The notes under the pieces were generated by a model. That model ran no database searches and was not told the origin of the DNA. It saw only the letters and a list, made by a program, of their open reading frames with translations. A stretch of DNA of 64,000 nt from Asterias rubens (lineage: Eukaryota), in NCBI RefSeq assembly GCF_902459465.1, contig NC_047066.1, positions 6,758,001 to 6,822,000 of the forward strand, given 5' to 3'. The first letter of the stretch is position 1. Every line of letters starts with the position of its first letter. The translations under genes and the position numbers were made by a program. Positions 13,491 through 25,800 of this stretch are shown here, in pieces.

Positions 13491-16400
13491 TCAGTATTCT
13501 TCAGGGAAGTAATCGATGGGTTTTCTGAAGTCAAAAACTTCCTCAGGTTCAGAGAGAATGATCCCACCATCTTCCATGGCCTTTACGAATGCTTCTATCT
13601 GTAAACAAGAAAATATACAAAAAACATATCAATACAGAGAGTGATTTGCAAACTGGACTGAGCCAACGAGTGGCTAAAAGCACCAAATTAGGTAGGTGGG
13701 ACTACATTTGAATTATGAGATCTAATCCTTTTTACATACATGTAGCACCATGTAATGGTTTACAAGGTGCTGTGGTGCAATATACAGCCAATCAAACCAG
13801 GAACACCAGGGCAAACCCCCCCCCTTTTTTTTATAAGAGCACGTGCTTTACACAACACAAGGGACAAACAGCTTTACGTCCCATCCGAAGGACGAAACAA
13901 TTGTTAAGTGTCTTGCTTAAAGGCAGTGGACACTATTGGTAATTGTCAAAGACTAGCCTTCACAGTTGGTGTATCTCAACATATGCATAAAATAACAAAC
14001 CTGTGAAAATTTGAGCTCAATCAGTCATCAAAGTCGCGAGATAATAATGAAAGAAGGAAACACCCTTGTCACACGAAGTTGTGTGCGTTTAGATGGTTGA
14101 TTTCGAGACCTCAAGTTCTAAACTTAAGGTCTCGAAATCAAATTCGTGGAAATTACTTCTTTCTCCAAAACTATGGCACTTCAGAGGGAGCCGTTTCTCA
14201 CAATGTTTTATACCACCAAGCTCTCCCCATTACTTGTCACCAAGAAAGGTTTTATGCGAATAATTATTTTGAGTAATTACCAATAGTGTCCACTGCCTTT
14301 AAGGACACAAGTTTCACGACTGGAACTCAAAACCCACAATCTGCTAATCAGAAACACTAGAGTTTGAATTTGGTTCTCGTAACCACTCGGCCATGACACA
14401 TCCACAATGACTACTCATCCTATATAGGATTTGAGGCATTGCATGGTGAGGTATCAATATATTTGGTTTGCGGTAACACCATGTGTGTATCTACAGTACT
14501 TGCCAGGTAGAGTTTGTTATTAGAGAACTGTCTCACTTAATTAGATTAAGTAGATTGTTTGGGGTTTGGGAGACTTCTCAGTTCTGAAAAGAACTTTACT
14601 GCTTATTAACTATTACCTGGGCGGATGGTATAGAAATAGGCTGGGACTACTACTTTAGCTTATAGGAACGTAATTAACTGTACTACCGCGGAGTCAGTTC
14701 TTGGGTTGGTCTCAAGGTTTCAACTAGCTTGCTCTACTCATCGTCAGGAGACAACTCACCCTCTCAAACTGTAGCATCTCCTCATCGATGTTCCAATGGA
14801 GGTTGCCGATACCACACTCCAGGCACCTCAGGGCTAGGATGCGACCGATGTTCTCTGCTGCGGCAACATCAGATGTGCTGTACACGCACTTCTTGATGGC
14901 CCATTCTTTGGTGGAGGCACTGACGACTACACTGCCGTTGTAGTGCTGGACGTAGGCTTTGATGTGTCTGTTTGACTTTTCAAAGTGTAACCTGTGTGGA
15001 GAAATTAGGAACGTGATAAATCAAACATGAAAAACATATGTGTAGTACAGTGGCCTATTTCTTACAGCATTTCAAGCAGAGAGTATATTTGGTAAGACAT
15101 TTCTCTAGAAATATTAATATTCTTTATCCCTGATGCAAATTTAACATCTCTTATATCATTGCGGTACCCCCTGCCAAAACATAGGATTCGAACTGCCTCT
15201 AGCTACCTGGCAACCTCGGTAGTCTAGTTGGTAAGACACTGCTCTAGAATTGCGAGGGTAGTGGGCTCGAATCCCACCAGAGTAATATGCCTGTGTTAAT
15301 TTTGGTTTTACCCATACACCGATGTGTGTTAGCACTGTATACTCAGTATTTTCCCCGAGTCCTGTGAAAAAATATCACAGGCATATTACTCAGGTGGGAT
15401 TCGAACCCACGACCCTTGCAATTCTAGAGCAGTGTCTTACCAACTAGACTACCGAGGTTGCCAGGTAGCTAGAGGCAGTTCGAATCCTATGTTTTGGCAG
15501 GGGGTACCGCAACGATAAGAGATGTTAAATTTGCATCGGGGATAAAGAATATTAATATGCCTGTGATTCTTTTCACAGAGTTTGGGAAAGGTCCAACACA
15601 CATCAGTGTATATTATGGGTAAAAAATAAAATTAAAATTCTTTATCCCGGATGCAAATTTCTATTTTTCAGAGAGTATTGCTTAGTAAGTTTTGTAATTT
15701 AGCAGGAAACCATTCACAAATTGCAGTTGGTGTTTTGCTGGTAACCTGTTTCTGGTAACCAAAAATTGTTTTGTGCTTAGCTTATTTTTGTGCTTTAGGC
15801 AGCTCCTAGGAAATTGGGCCCCGAATAGAAGGGAAGGTCGAGTGTGAATTGGTGGCCATGGCTGTGGTTGAATCACCATGTATGGGGCCATTCAGAATTG
15901 TCAGAGATTACAAATATTGAATTTGTTTTCTTTGAAATTGTGATGGGTGGATCTAAAGAGATAACTGAAAATCCTAATTCAGGATTCAGATGTGGGAGGA
16001 AAACTCAAACTGGGGGAAACCAACACCATTGGGCAAGGATTAACAAATGAAAAATACACTAAGTCTGTTAAGGCTGTTGAAAACTACTGATGTTGGAGAC
16101 CTTAAAAAAAAAATCCATGATTCATTTGAGGCATTACTTGTTTTTAATAGTTAATTTCTGATAATGATTAATTTGTCATTTAAAAATTTCGTTTGCCTGT
16201 CTTTGTCCAACCTGTCTGTCCGTTTAATATCGAGTTTGTTCTTGTTTTGTTTGTACTTGTAAGGCACCTCACTACGAGCCTCGGCTTTGAGAAGATGCCC
16301 CCATACTTTATTTTATCTGCTATCTTTCCGCTTACTACAATTTGTTATTATTTATATAAAATTCCTGCGTTTGCATTGTTCAAGTTTTTTTTCTTTAAGA

Positions 16401-17750
16401 AAGTACGGAAATAAAGGTGAGTTGAAATGAATTGAATTGAATTGAATTGAATTGAATTGAATTATGAAACCATTCACTGTTTAAACATCAATATTTGGTT
16501 AGTGCGTCAAAAGAATTAAAAAAAAAGGAAATACCAAATAGATTTTTTATTTTATTATTGAGTTTTAAATGGCCCCTTAACACAATTACACTGCCCCTTG
16601 TACCACCCTAAGCAACAGCTGCAGCCAGAACACCAGTAAAAGGTATCTCTTTTTGTTCGCCCCACAATCAACTTTAAGTGCGTCATCAAACAAGGACGTA
16701 ATACACCCACACTGTTATGTTGTGTTATGAAATGTGCTCTAAATTGAATTGAGTATACGTAACAAAGACTATGGTTTCATGTTTCGCATTTTTGATTCCC
16801 AGAACTACAATGATTTGGCTTTTCAAAGAGGATCCACAAAAAAAATATTTTTGACCATACGTCAGTACGGTTTGGATTGCTAATTGGACACTTTTGAAGT
16901 CATAGTTACATATTAAGGTAGTATTATGAAATTTTCAGTTTTAGCCTCGAGTTAGTGCACTGGATTTCTTTAGGCAAGCTTTACACTTCCATAGAGGCAA
17001 TTGAGGCAATTCATCGTTGCTGTAGTGCCCCTTGAAATAACCCAGTATAATTATAAAGTTTGCCATTTGTTGTTTGTTTGTTTGGTTGTTTGTGAAAGCT
17101 GCCTTGCCTTCACAGCAACAAAGTATCACTGCAGCAAGTCAGCCTGATACTTTGGCAATTGCCTCCAAACCCCCAGGTCATTGCCTTGGTGTATTTGAAA
17201 TGTTTGAGTAGAAGTTTACAGTAGGGCGCCCTTTACCCAGGAAAAAAGTGTCAAAGTCAAATTATTTTCACTTGAATTTGTTCGGATGGCTGTGCCGACG
17301 AAAGTCGACAAAAGCCGCCTAAATTCTTCCAAGGCTGATCGTACAAAATTATCAGTCAAGAAAGTTATAAACCTGTACAAGAAACAAGATTTCTGAGGCC
17401 ACTGTAACGTGGAATTTCCTATAAAGAAACAAAGATTCCTACTTATGCCAGTAACTTCTGCGAGGATGGCTCTGGCCCCAGCCCTTATCTCGTCTAGCCA
17501 CTCCCATTCTCTCTAGGTTGCGTGGATTACGGTTCAAGAAGTTCGGCGACACATCATCGTTTTCCGACAGACGTTCGTTGGTTGGTTGGCTTTCGGTTTC
17601 TCGTTCCAGTGCTGCTTCGGATGGTTTTGTGACAGAGGTGTGAAGGCATCTTAAAGCCTTGGTAGATGGACCTGTGAGGTTGCCTGTAGATTTTGTTTTG
17701 AATGAAACCAAAATATCATGAAATATGACAGATTTTTTCAGTAAAATCAT
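13491..17750 (-). CDS. MRPL18: Mitochondrial ribosomal protein L18 (uL18m), ~215 aa, 3 exons
   Basis: Exons 17750-17443, 14991-14760 and 13598-13491, all GT-AG and phase-compatible. Translation includes [23 protein letters not shown]...[66 protein letters not shown]...[18 protein letters not shown], typical of uL18m. Confidence 0.93.
13917..14302 (+). mobile_element. Kolobok-type non-autonomous DNA transposon (family K1, ~380 bp), type copy
   Basis: TIR AGGCAGTGGACACTATTGGTAATT with TTAA on both sides. Removing it restores the host SINE site cttgcTTAAggacac. TTAA TSD with RR...YY termini is the Kolobok signature. Confidence 0.85.
15105..15570. repeat. Inverted pair of tRNA-like-cassette elements in MRPL18 intron 1
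   Basis: ~15120-15295 is the near-perfect reverse complement of ~15378-15550. Related copies lie at 62430-62770, 28100-28190 and 15570-15660. Confidence 0.8.
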
Positions 17751-17759
17751 CAGCAATAA

Positions 17760-18035
17760 ATAACTCTATTGTTTCGCCAGCAGATCATGATAGTGTCTTG
17801 TCTTGATATAATTATTGAACAGCTCCTTACTAGGAGCGAACAACACTCATTGAGGTCAGGTCAGGAGGGAGGAACTCCTATTCGCTTTTATGTGCACTGT
17901 GAGTGTACGACGAACCTAAGTGGGGCTAGTGATGCTGCGCTTCAGCGCTTGGTGTCCAAAAAATAAAGCGTTTGCAAAGCGATGCGACAGGTTCAAAATA
18001 TAAACCTGGGAATTTGCTCAGGGATCCGGTAAGTT
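17760..18035. promoter_or_regulatory. Putative bidirectional promoter of MRPL18/NLE1, with a possible non-coding NLE1 first exon
   Basis: The two genes are head-to-head. The region is CpG-enriched and has a plus-strand consensus donor (CCG|GTAAGT) near 18028/18029. Confidence 0.45.
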
Positions 18036-19873
18036 TTTGTCCTTTTTCTGCAAAAATATTTTCTCAATGCAATGGTTTTTTGAGTGTTCATTAGACATTG
18101 AGTTGAGGATTAAATACGTGCCCTTAGAATTTGTGTCAAGATTTTTGAAAGTGGTAAAAATGGGGCAAATCTGGTAACTAGCTGTCAAAATTATACGTGT
18201 TGGACCAGATTGTCGTTTGCCGCTCGAAGAATCTTGTAACCCTCCTCCGGCCTAGCGCAGTGGCCGTCGCGAGGAGGGTTACGTTTTCGCAACTATCCCA
18301 TGAATGGTGTATTGTTACTTCCAATAACTATAAGGCTCCCCTGTGAGCCTTATAGGGGTCTAGTATTTTGGGCCTCCTTAACGCATGTTTTTCAAATCAG
18401 CGTTGATAGGTGAAAGTTTTACGACAGTTAGCCAGCAATAACTGAAGTTTCTTTTGTTCAACACTACCAAACCTTTCCCCACATACTCAATATACATTCA
18501 TAATGCTTGTATCATGTGTGTTTCCTTTTGTTTAGTGAAATTAAAAAACATCGTCAAAAAATGCAATTTTCTGCTCGGTAATCACTGTTATTTTTCTGCC
18601 GCATCACACGTTTCTAGAAGAAGTGTATTGTGATTGTGAAGACAAGATCATACATGTTTTTTCTTCTTGTTAGTGACACAAAGAACTTCATTATATTTAC
18701 TTCACTTTATTTATAGGATAGACTATTGCATTTACCTTCAATAAATAAAAATGTTACAAAACAGTGCCTATCTATCACAGCGCCCTCTGTAGTCCAAATT
18801 AAATTTTTCCCGTTTTGGTGCATAACTGTGTCACCAAAACGAAGGAAATGTGAAAAGAAGAAAAAATATACACAGAGATATACACACCTCTTAGAGGGCT
18901 GTTCATTCCCCTCCACACGGCATAGGTCATTGATCGAATCATTTTTCACCTTCACTCTGTCGGCTAAATAATGTTAAAACAAAAAGACAACCCACATTTT
19001 TTTGCACTCGACAGCCATAATAAATACTGCTGTCGCTTGAGGGCGCCCTGTAAAATCGCTGAGCGAAAGTACACGTGCTTTATTTACAATCCCATTGCAT
19101 GTGCACAAAAAAGTAATTCAGAGGGGAAAGATCGAGGCTGATTGGTGAGTATTTTATGTTTAGATGTGAACCAATTTAATTAAACTGAAGGATTTCGTTT
19201 GACAAATCTTTAGGATCATTTTTTTATAGTCAAAGATTGACTATACATCATTAATTGAATTGAGTGACATTTTTTGTGGTTTTTTAGTATTTAAAAAAAA
19301 TCTAGTTTTGTTGGTAAAAATAAATTATATTATTTATTAAAATTTAAATGCCACTTTTACAATTTCCTCATTGTTGGAACATTCAAAGTTTTGAGGTTGT
19401 CCAACATGATGTAGGCCAGGTTGAACTCTTCTGTTGCATACAATGTGATCATGGAGTCCTCACCATTCAATTATTAAAACTGCTTGCCTGCTTTACACTA
19501 TTAAAAAAGTATTACATATAATATACATACAAAACAAAAGGACCTGCGCTGCGGTATAGATAATTATAATAAATCATGGACAAATTGTTAATTTAAAAGA
19601 ATAATTATATTTAATGGCTTTAAATTTTTGACCCTAGATCATGGCTAGCATCAGAGTCTTTGTCAACAAAGGGAAGGCCTTTAATATTTATGGTATCACA
19701 ACAAACACAAACAAACATTCTAGATTTTCCTTATTATTTAAACAAACCTTATTTTATGAAATTGTAGCGGTCGGTATCATTAATTCATTATTCACTTTCT
19801 TCTTATTTATATTATACTATGTAGCTTTGAAAGTAGCCCTGTTCTATCAACGGTTGTCATCTCAACCCACAAG

Positions 19874-22800
19874 ATGGAGGAAGAGGGAGAGAGAATTTTG
19901 ACGCAATTTGTGACGGAGACCGGGGAAACAACCGGTGACCCTTTTGATCTTCCAGTCAATGTTAGCACAGAAAAGCTGCAGTTGATATGCAATGCCATAT
20001 TACAGAAGGTAATGGATGGGTGATGATGACCCACACCCCAGCACTGACCCCTCTCCCCACACGCCAGCACAAAACCCTAGCCCTTCCCTACACCAAAGCG
20101 TTTAGATGGTTGATTTCAATACCTCAAAAATTCTAAACCTGAGGTCTCGAAATCAAATTTGTGGAAAAAAATTACTTTTTTTTAAACAAAAACTATGTCA
20201 CTTCAGAGGGAGTCGTTTCTCACAATGTTTTATACCATCAAACTCTCCCCACAGGAGGAGCCGGTTCCATACACGTTCTTCATCAATGAGACGGAGGTCA
20301 CCTCAAGTCTGGATGAGACCCTCAAGACACAGAAACAGGAGACAGAAACAGAGAAGGTCTTGAACATCGTGTACCAGCCTCAGGCCATCTTCAGGGTCCG
20401 TGCCGTCACTAGATGCACAAGTACCATCGAGGGACATGCTGAAGCTGTAATCTCGGTTGCGTTTAGCCCAGATGGCAGGTAGGCCAGGACTTCCTTGGGC
20501 CTGGGCCCAATTTGATAGCGTTGCTTAAGCGCAGAATTCTTATCATTTTAGCACCTTCCTTATAGCACTGCTTAGGCACAAAAACATTGCTAAGCACAGC
20601 AACGAAATGATTACCAGATTAAAGTTACCAGCCAAAATACCATGTCACATGTACAATTATTAGTGATTGGTGTCCTGCTTATTTCTGCTAAGTAGGAAAT
20701 TGTTAAGCATAATTTATTAAATTAGGCCCTTATATGTTCTACCCACTCCCGAACAGTATGATAAGATCAAGCTTGGAGTTTTACAAAGGTCAAGACAGTC
20801 GTAACCCCCCACTGCCCCCTGTCTGGGACCAAACTTTATACAGCTGAGTGTTAAGCACAAAACATTGCTTAGCATAGACAAAATCTGGCTTAGATTTATC
20901 ATAAAATTGCCTAAGTTGACTTATGAAATGAGTGGTTTGACTTAAAATTATACATACATTTGCCGACCGTTGGACCAGGAGAAGTGGAAATGGTGGCAGC
21001 CTTATAATGTTTTGGGTGGAGAAACCCTTTTCATTGATTTTTGTATGTCTGTATTCTCAATTTTGTCAGATATCTTGCTAGTGGATCAGGAGACACTACA
21101 GTCAGGTTCTGGGATGTCAACACAGAGACTCCACATCACACCTGCAAAGGTAAGGTACTAGACTTGTGCATTTTATTACTTACCCATGGGAAACCTCTCA
21201 GTGAAACATTGTTTTGCAGAGGTGCCCAGCAACTACAAACACATAAATTGTTTTTAAATTGTATTGATATAAAAAAGTATTATCTCATACCTGTATGCTT
21301 CATTTTTGAAAGAGCAAGGGCACTAAGGCATTTTCTCAATGGTTAAGGGCACACTTTGAGGGAATTGTAAATTTCTGTTGGAGCATTTCAAGGGCACCAA
21401 GGCAATGACCAGAGGAAACTGAGGCAATCCCCTTCATTGCCTCTGTGAAGTATCAGGCCTGCTGTCTATCCCCATTTCTTTCATTCTTGGACAGTTTTAA
21501 AATAATTTTGTCTTCCAAAAACCTGGTAGATTATTTTATTCTTGCATTAATGTAGGGAAGTAAACTAAGCCGGCCAACTTCTCATTCTTTCTTGCAGGCC
21601 ACAAACATTGGGTTTTATGCATAGCCTGGTCTCCAGATGGACGTCTGCTCGCCTCGGGTTGTAAAAACAGTCAGGTGAGAGTTTTGCAGTTTTTTCTCTG
21701 TTCACCAGGCTGAGAAAAAGGTTTTTTTTCTCCCCTCAGTGAGAAGTCTTTTTTAGCCTGTACCATGTGAAAATAATAGGTTACCAATTGTACTCAATTA
21801 GAGTTTCCTACTTTTTTTCAATAAGGCATGCGCATGTCAGTGTGCTGCTGTGGTCACAGCCAGAGAACTATTAAATCCTATCATCTTTTTGTTTTGTACA
21901 CAGGTTATTTTGTGGGACCCAGAGACGGGCAAGCAAGTAGGACGAGCGCTGACCGGTCACAGACAGTGGATCACCTCCTTAGCCTGGGAGCCTCTTCACA
22001 TCAATGCAAACTGCAGACATCTCGCAAGCTCCTCAAAGGTACTCTAGGCATAAGGCTAGATCGAACTTCACCCAAAAGCGAGTTTTGTTGTAGGAATAAT
22101 TTGGTACACGCTGTTTTTTCCCCAATTGTGACACAAGGAAATTTGCTTTACTTTTGCGTGAATTATGAACAGGGCTTTAATCTCCATAAATCCTTACACT
22201 TGGAGACTTTTGAGACACTGGTAGCAAACAAAACAGTCCTCTCTCACCATGCAAAGTTTGGAATTCACTCGCCAAATATACTTTCACTCTCCTGTGTAAT
22301 TGAGTACATCCAACATAATTTTTGTTTGGGACTCTAACCAACAACCTCCGGATTAACGTGCCAGCTCTCTACCAACTGAGCTGTCTATGTTGGCGGTCTC
22401 CCTATTTTGTCAATATCTGGGGGTCGTTCCAAATCATTTAGAATTTACCCAGTTAGTTTCCCTTGTGGTTTATATTTTTGATTATTTGTTTTTCCTTAGT
22501 ACAAGTCACATTTAGAGATAGTTTAATTGCTTGTTTGTTACTGCAGGATGCCACGGTGCGTCTTTGGGACGTAACGTTAGGAACGTGTATGCGCTCATTA
22601 TCGAGTCATCTACAGTCAGTGACATGTGTGAAGTGGGGAGGGAATGGTCTACTCTACACATCATCTCAAGATAGGACGGTCAAAGTGTGGAGGGCTGAAG
22701 ATGTGAGTAAATCTTAGTTTCATATATGCAGAAAAATAATTACCAATTTGAGTTTAAATACCTTTTGACCATGTTGTATTGTTTTGGCAAGAGGAATAAA

Positions 22801-25800
22801 ACGAATGTATTCTGCCTAAACAACAATAACCTATGATTCCTTGGAGAAATTTTGTTAATGTTCACTGGAAAATCTCCTGTGTTGTAGCTAGGGTGGGCGG
22901 TGCTTGGCGGGTCTGCCCGGGACTAAAAAATGCTATGAGCAAAATATTTTAAAAGATCGTCCATTTCGCACTGATCTAAAACAGAGCTAATGTATATCAA
23001 ATTCACAGAGGGAAGAACTAGTTAGAAAGAACACAGTCAAAAGGCCATTCAACTTATTGCATGGCCCCATAACACGAATAGTTTGAAAACCTTGCATCAT
23101 GCGGAAACCTGAAGCTTGCACTTCAGCAATAATTCCCCCATAATTAACATGAATAATTTTGTTGATTAATTTGCTTGTCCCTTGGTAGCTTCAAAAAATT
23201 TGATTTATGGCCAACCACTAAAATTATCACCATATTTAAGGATAATTTGGTTATTTTGTGTGTTGCTTCTTTGTAGGGAACACTGTGCAGAACATTACAA
23301 GGGCATGGCCACTGGGTGAACACCATGGCGCTGAGCACAGATTATGTCATGAGGACGGGGGCGTGTGACCCGACCAAGGCTTCGGTTGTATACAGAAAAA
23401 TTACTGAATCAGGTACGATAAAGGATAAAGAAATGTCAGACCTTTTTATTTGAATATCAAGTAATAAACCACAAGGGAAACTGACTTTGTAGATTTGAAA
23501 TGATTTGGGGTTAAACAAAGAGTATTTGCTAGGGCTGGACTGGAACCTGGACGCTGATGTTGGATTTAGAGGACTTGGGACACGGTTAGTGCTTATGGAT
23601 AAATCTTGAAGTTGAAATTTTTGCAGAACTGATATCGTAACAAAAATAATTTCCTTAAAAATTGCTTTTAAACGAACAAAGAGGTTTCATGCAGTGCTAT
23701 ACTGGCATATTACCAGAATTAACTGACTGGTGCAAAAAGATTGCTTTTATCTACAATTTTTCATTGTAAAACAAAACCTCTGCTCATTAAACGCTTTTTG
23801 TTTAATTTTTTTTTACAGCGGAGGAACTGTCCAGAATGGCATTGGAGAGATATAATAGTGCAAAGGTATGTTTTTTAAAGACTCTTCTTTGGTCTGTTGT
23901 GGTTAAAATGCGAAGTTCTTTAACATTGTTATTGTTGGTGGTGGAATAAGACTGTGTCTATGAGTAAATTTAGAAATGATAAACAAGTTAGAACCTTTTT
24001 GCCATATTTGAACATTGAAGCCGAGACACAGGGCAATCAGAGCTACCAACTGTCCCTGCTCCTGCAGAAACTTTTCTGAAAAGAAAGTAAGAAACCAATC
24101 TTTCCTTGTCCTGAAGAACACATTTGAAAATCTCCTTGATTATACTCCCTGATTGTCGTACAAAATCTCCCTGATAGCAAGATGCAAATGTTGGCAGCAC
24201 TTTGCGATTACAATTTTGCCTGAATATTTAAAACCCAGTAATGCTCCCTCATTATTATTCCCAACAAAAATCGGCATGATTTAGTAATCACCCCTCAAAA
24301 CAAGCCTCATAAATATTTCCAGAGTTTCAATTTTTAATTTTTTTTTAACTTCACACAGGGCACTGAACCAGAAAGACTCGTCTCTGGCTCTGATGATTTC
24401 ACTCTGTTTCTATGGCAACCGTCAGAGGACAAGAAACCCATAGCGCGGATGACCGGTCACCAACAACTGATTAACGAGGTTGCATTCTCGCCGGATACCA
24501 GGCTAATTGCTAGCGCTTCATTTGACAAGTCCATTAAACTTTGGGACGGCAGATCGGGGAAGTGAGTGGTTTTTTTTTGCAAATGAAAAATGTCGTGGGG
24601 AGGGTAAAGAACTGTAGAGCTTAGGGCCTTCACCCCAAAAAAAAGAAGCAATACAAAATTTCAATGATTTTGTATAGTATTTTTCAACTTGTATGGTAAA
24701 ACCAAGAGGAAATCAGCTGATCCAAGGAAAAGTTGCATGCCTGCACATGAGGCAAAATTTACAGCCAACTTGGAGGCAAGCGACTATAGTAAATGCTATA
24801 AGACCACTCTAAAAGCATAATATGGGTACTTTTTCAAACATTGTCTTACGATTCTCTTCTGGGTGACTGGTTGCCTGTTAATTGGCTTGTGTGACATGGA
24901 CCTTATACTCAAGTGTAATAGTTCCCGATAAATGGCATCTTTATGGGTTTGAGCTGCGTCAAGTTTTTAAATTTTCATTAGTGGTTCACTAACCAACCGT
25001 GCATGTGATTTGATAGAACTCCTGTGTGCCGCAATTGTCATGTTGTCCTACATCCCTCGGTCCTTCTAAATCCTTTGAAGGATTTGGAAGGGTAAGGGTT
25101 AAAAACCGTGGACACTATTGGTAATTACTCAAAATAATTATCAGCATAAAACCTTACTTGGTAACAAGTAATGGGGAGAGGTTGATGGTGTCATACACTG
25201 TGAGAAACGGCTCCCTCTGAAGTGACGTAGTTTTCGAGAAAGCAGTAATTTTCCACGAATTTGATTTTGAGACCTCAAGTTTAGAATTTGTGGTCTCGAA
25301 ATCAAGCATCAGAAAGCGCACACAACTTCGTGTGACTAGGGTTTTTTTTTCTTTCATTATTATCTCCCAACTTCGACAACCGATTGAGCTCAAATTTTCA
25401 CAGGTTTGTTATTGTATATGCGTATGTTGAGATACACCAAATGTGAAGGCTAGTCTTTGACAATTACCAATAGTGTCCAGTGTCTTTAAGACGCACGAAA
25501 GGGTGAAGTTAATGGAATTGTTTGAAACCTCACTCTGTAAAAGTTCCAAAGTCGACGAGGTGCAAATAATAAACTCATTGATAACACTGCTTTTTCTAAA
25601 ACAATTGTTGTTGCATCCTGCTACCCTGATGTGCTGGTATATAAATATATTTTTTAATACAATTATTTTTCGTTTTGTTCAGGTTTCTGACAACTCTGAG
25701 GGGCCATGTTAACAAAGTTTATCAGGTGAATATTTGAATATTTTACAAAATATAAAACAAATTAATGTGACCTTATTTTCCTGTAGTTTGGTTGGGACAT

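Noticed and set aside
15225-15460. Possible tRNA genes, including a CTA suppressor-like loop
   Set aside because: A and B boxes and a D-stem are present, but the anticodon and acceptor stems do not pair. They are repeat-embedded tRNA-like cassettes.
21828-22337. 169-aa plus-strand ORF
   Set aside because: It is off-frame across NLE1 exon 6 and intronic repeats.
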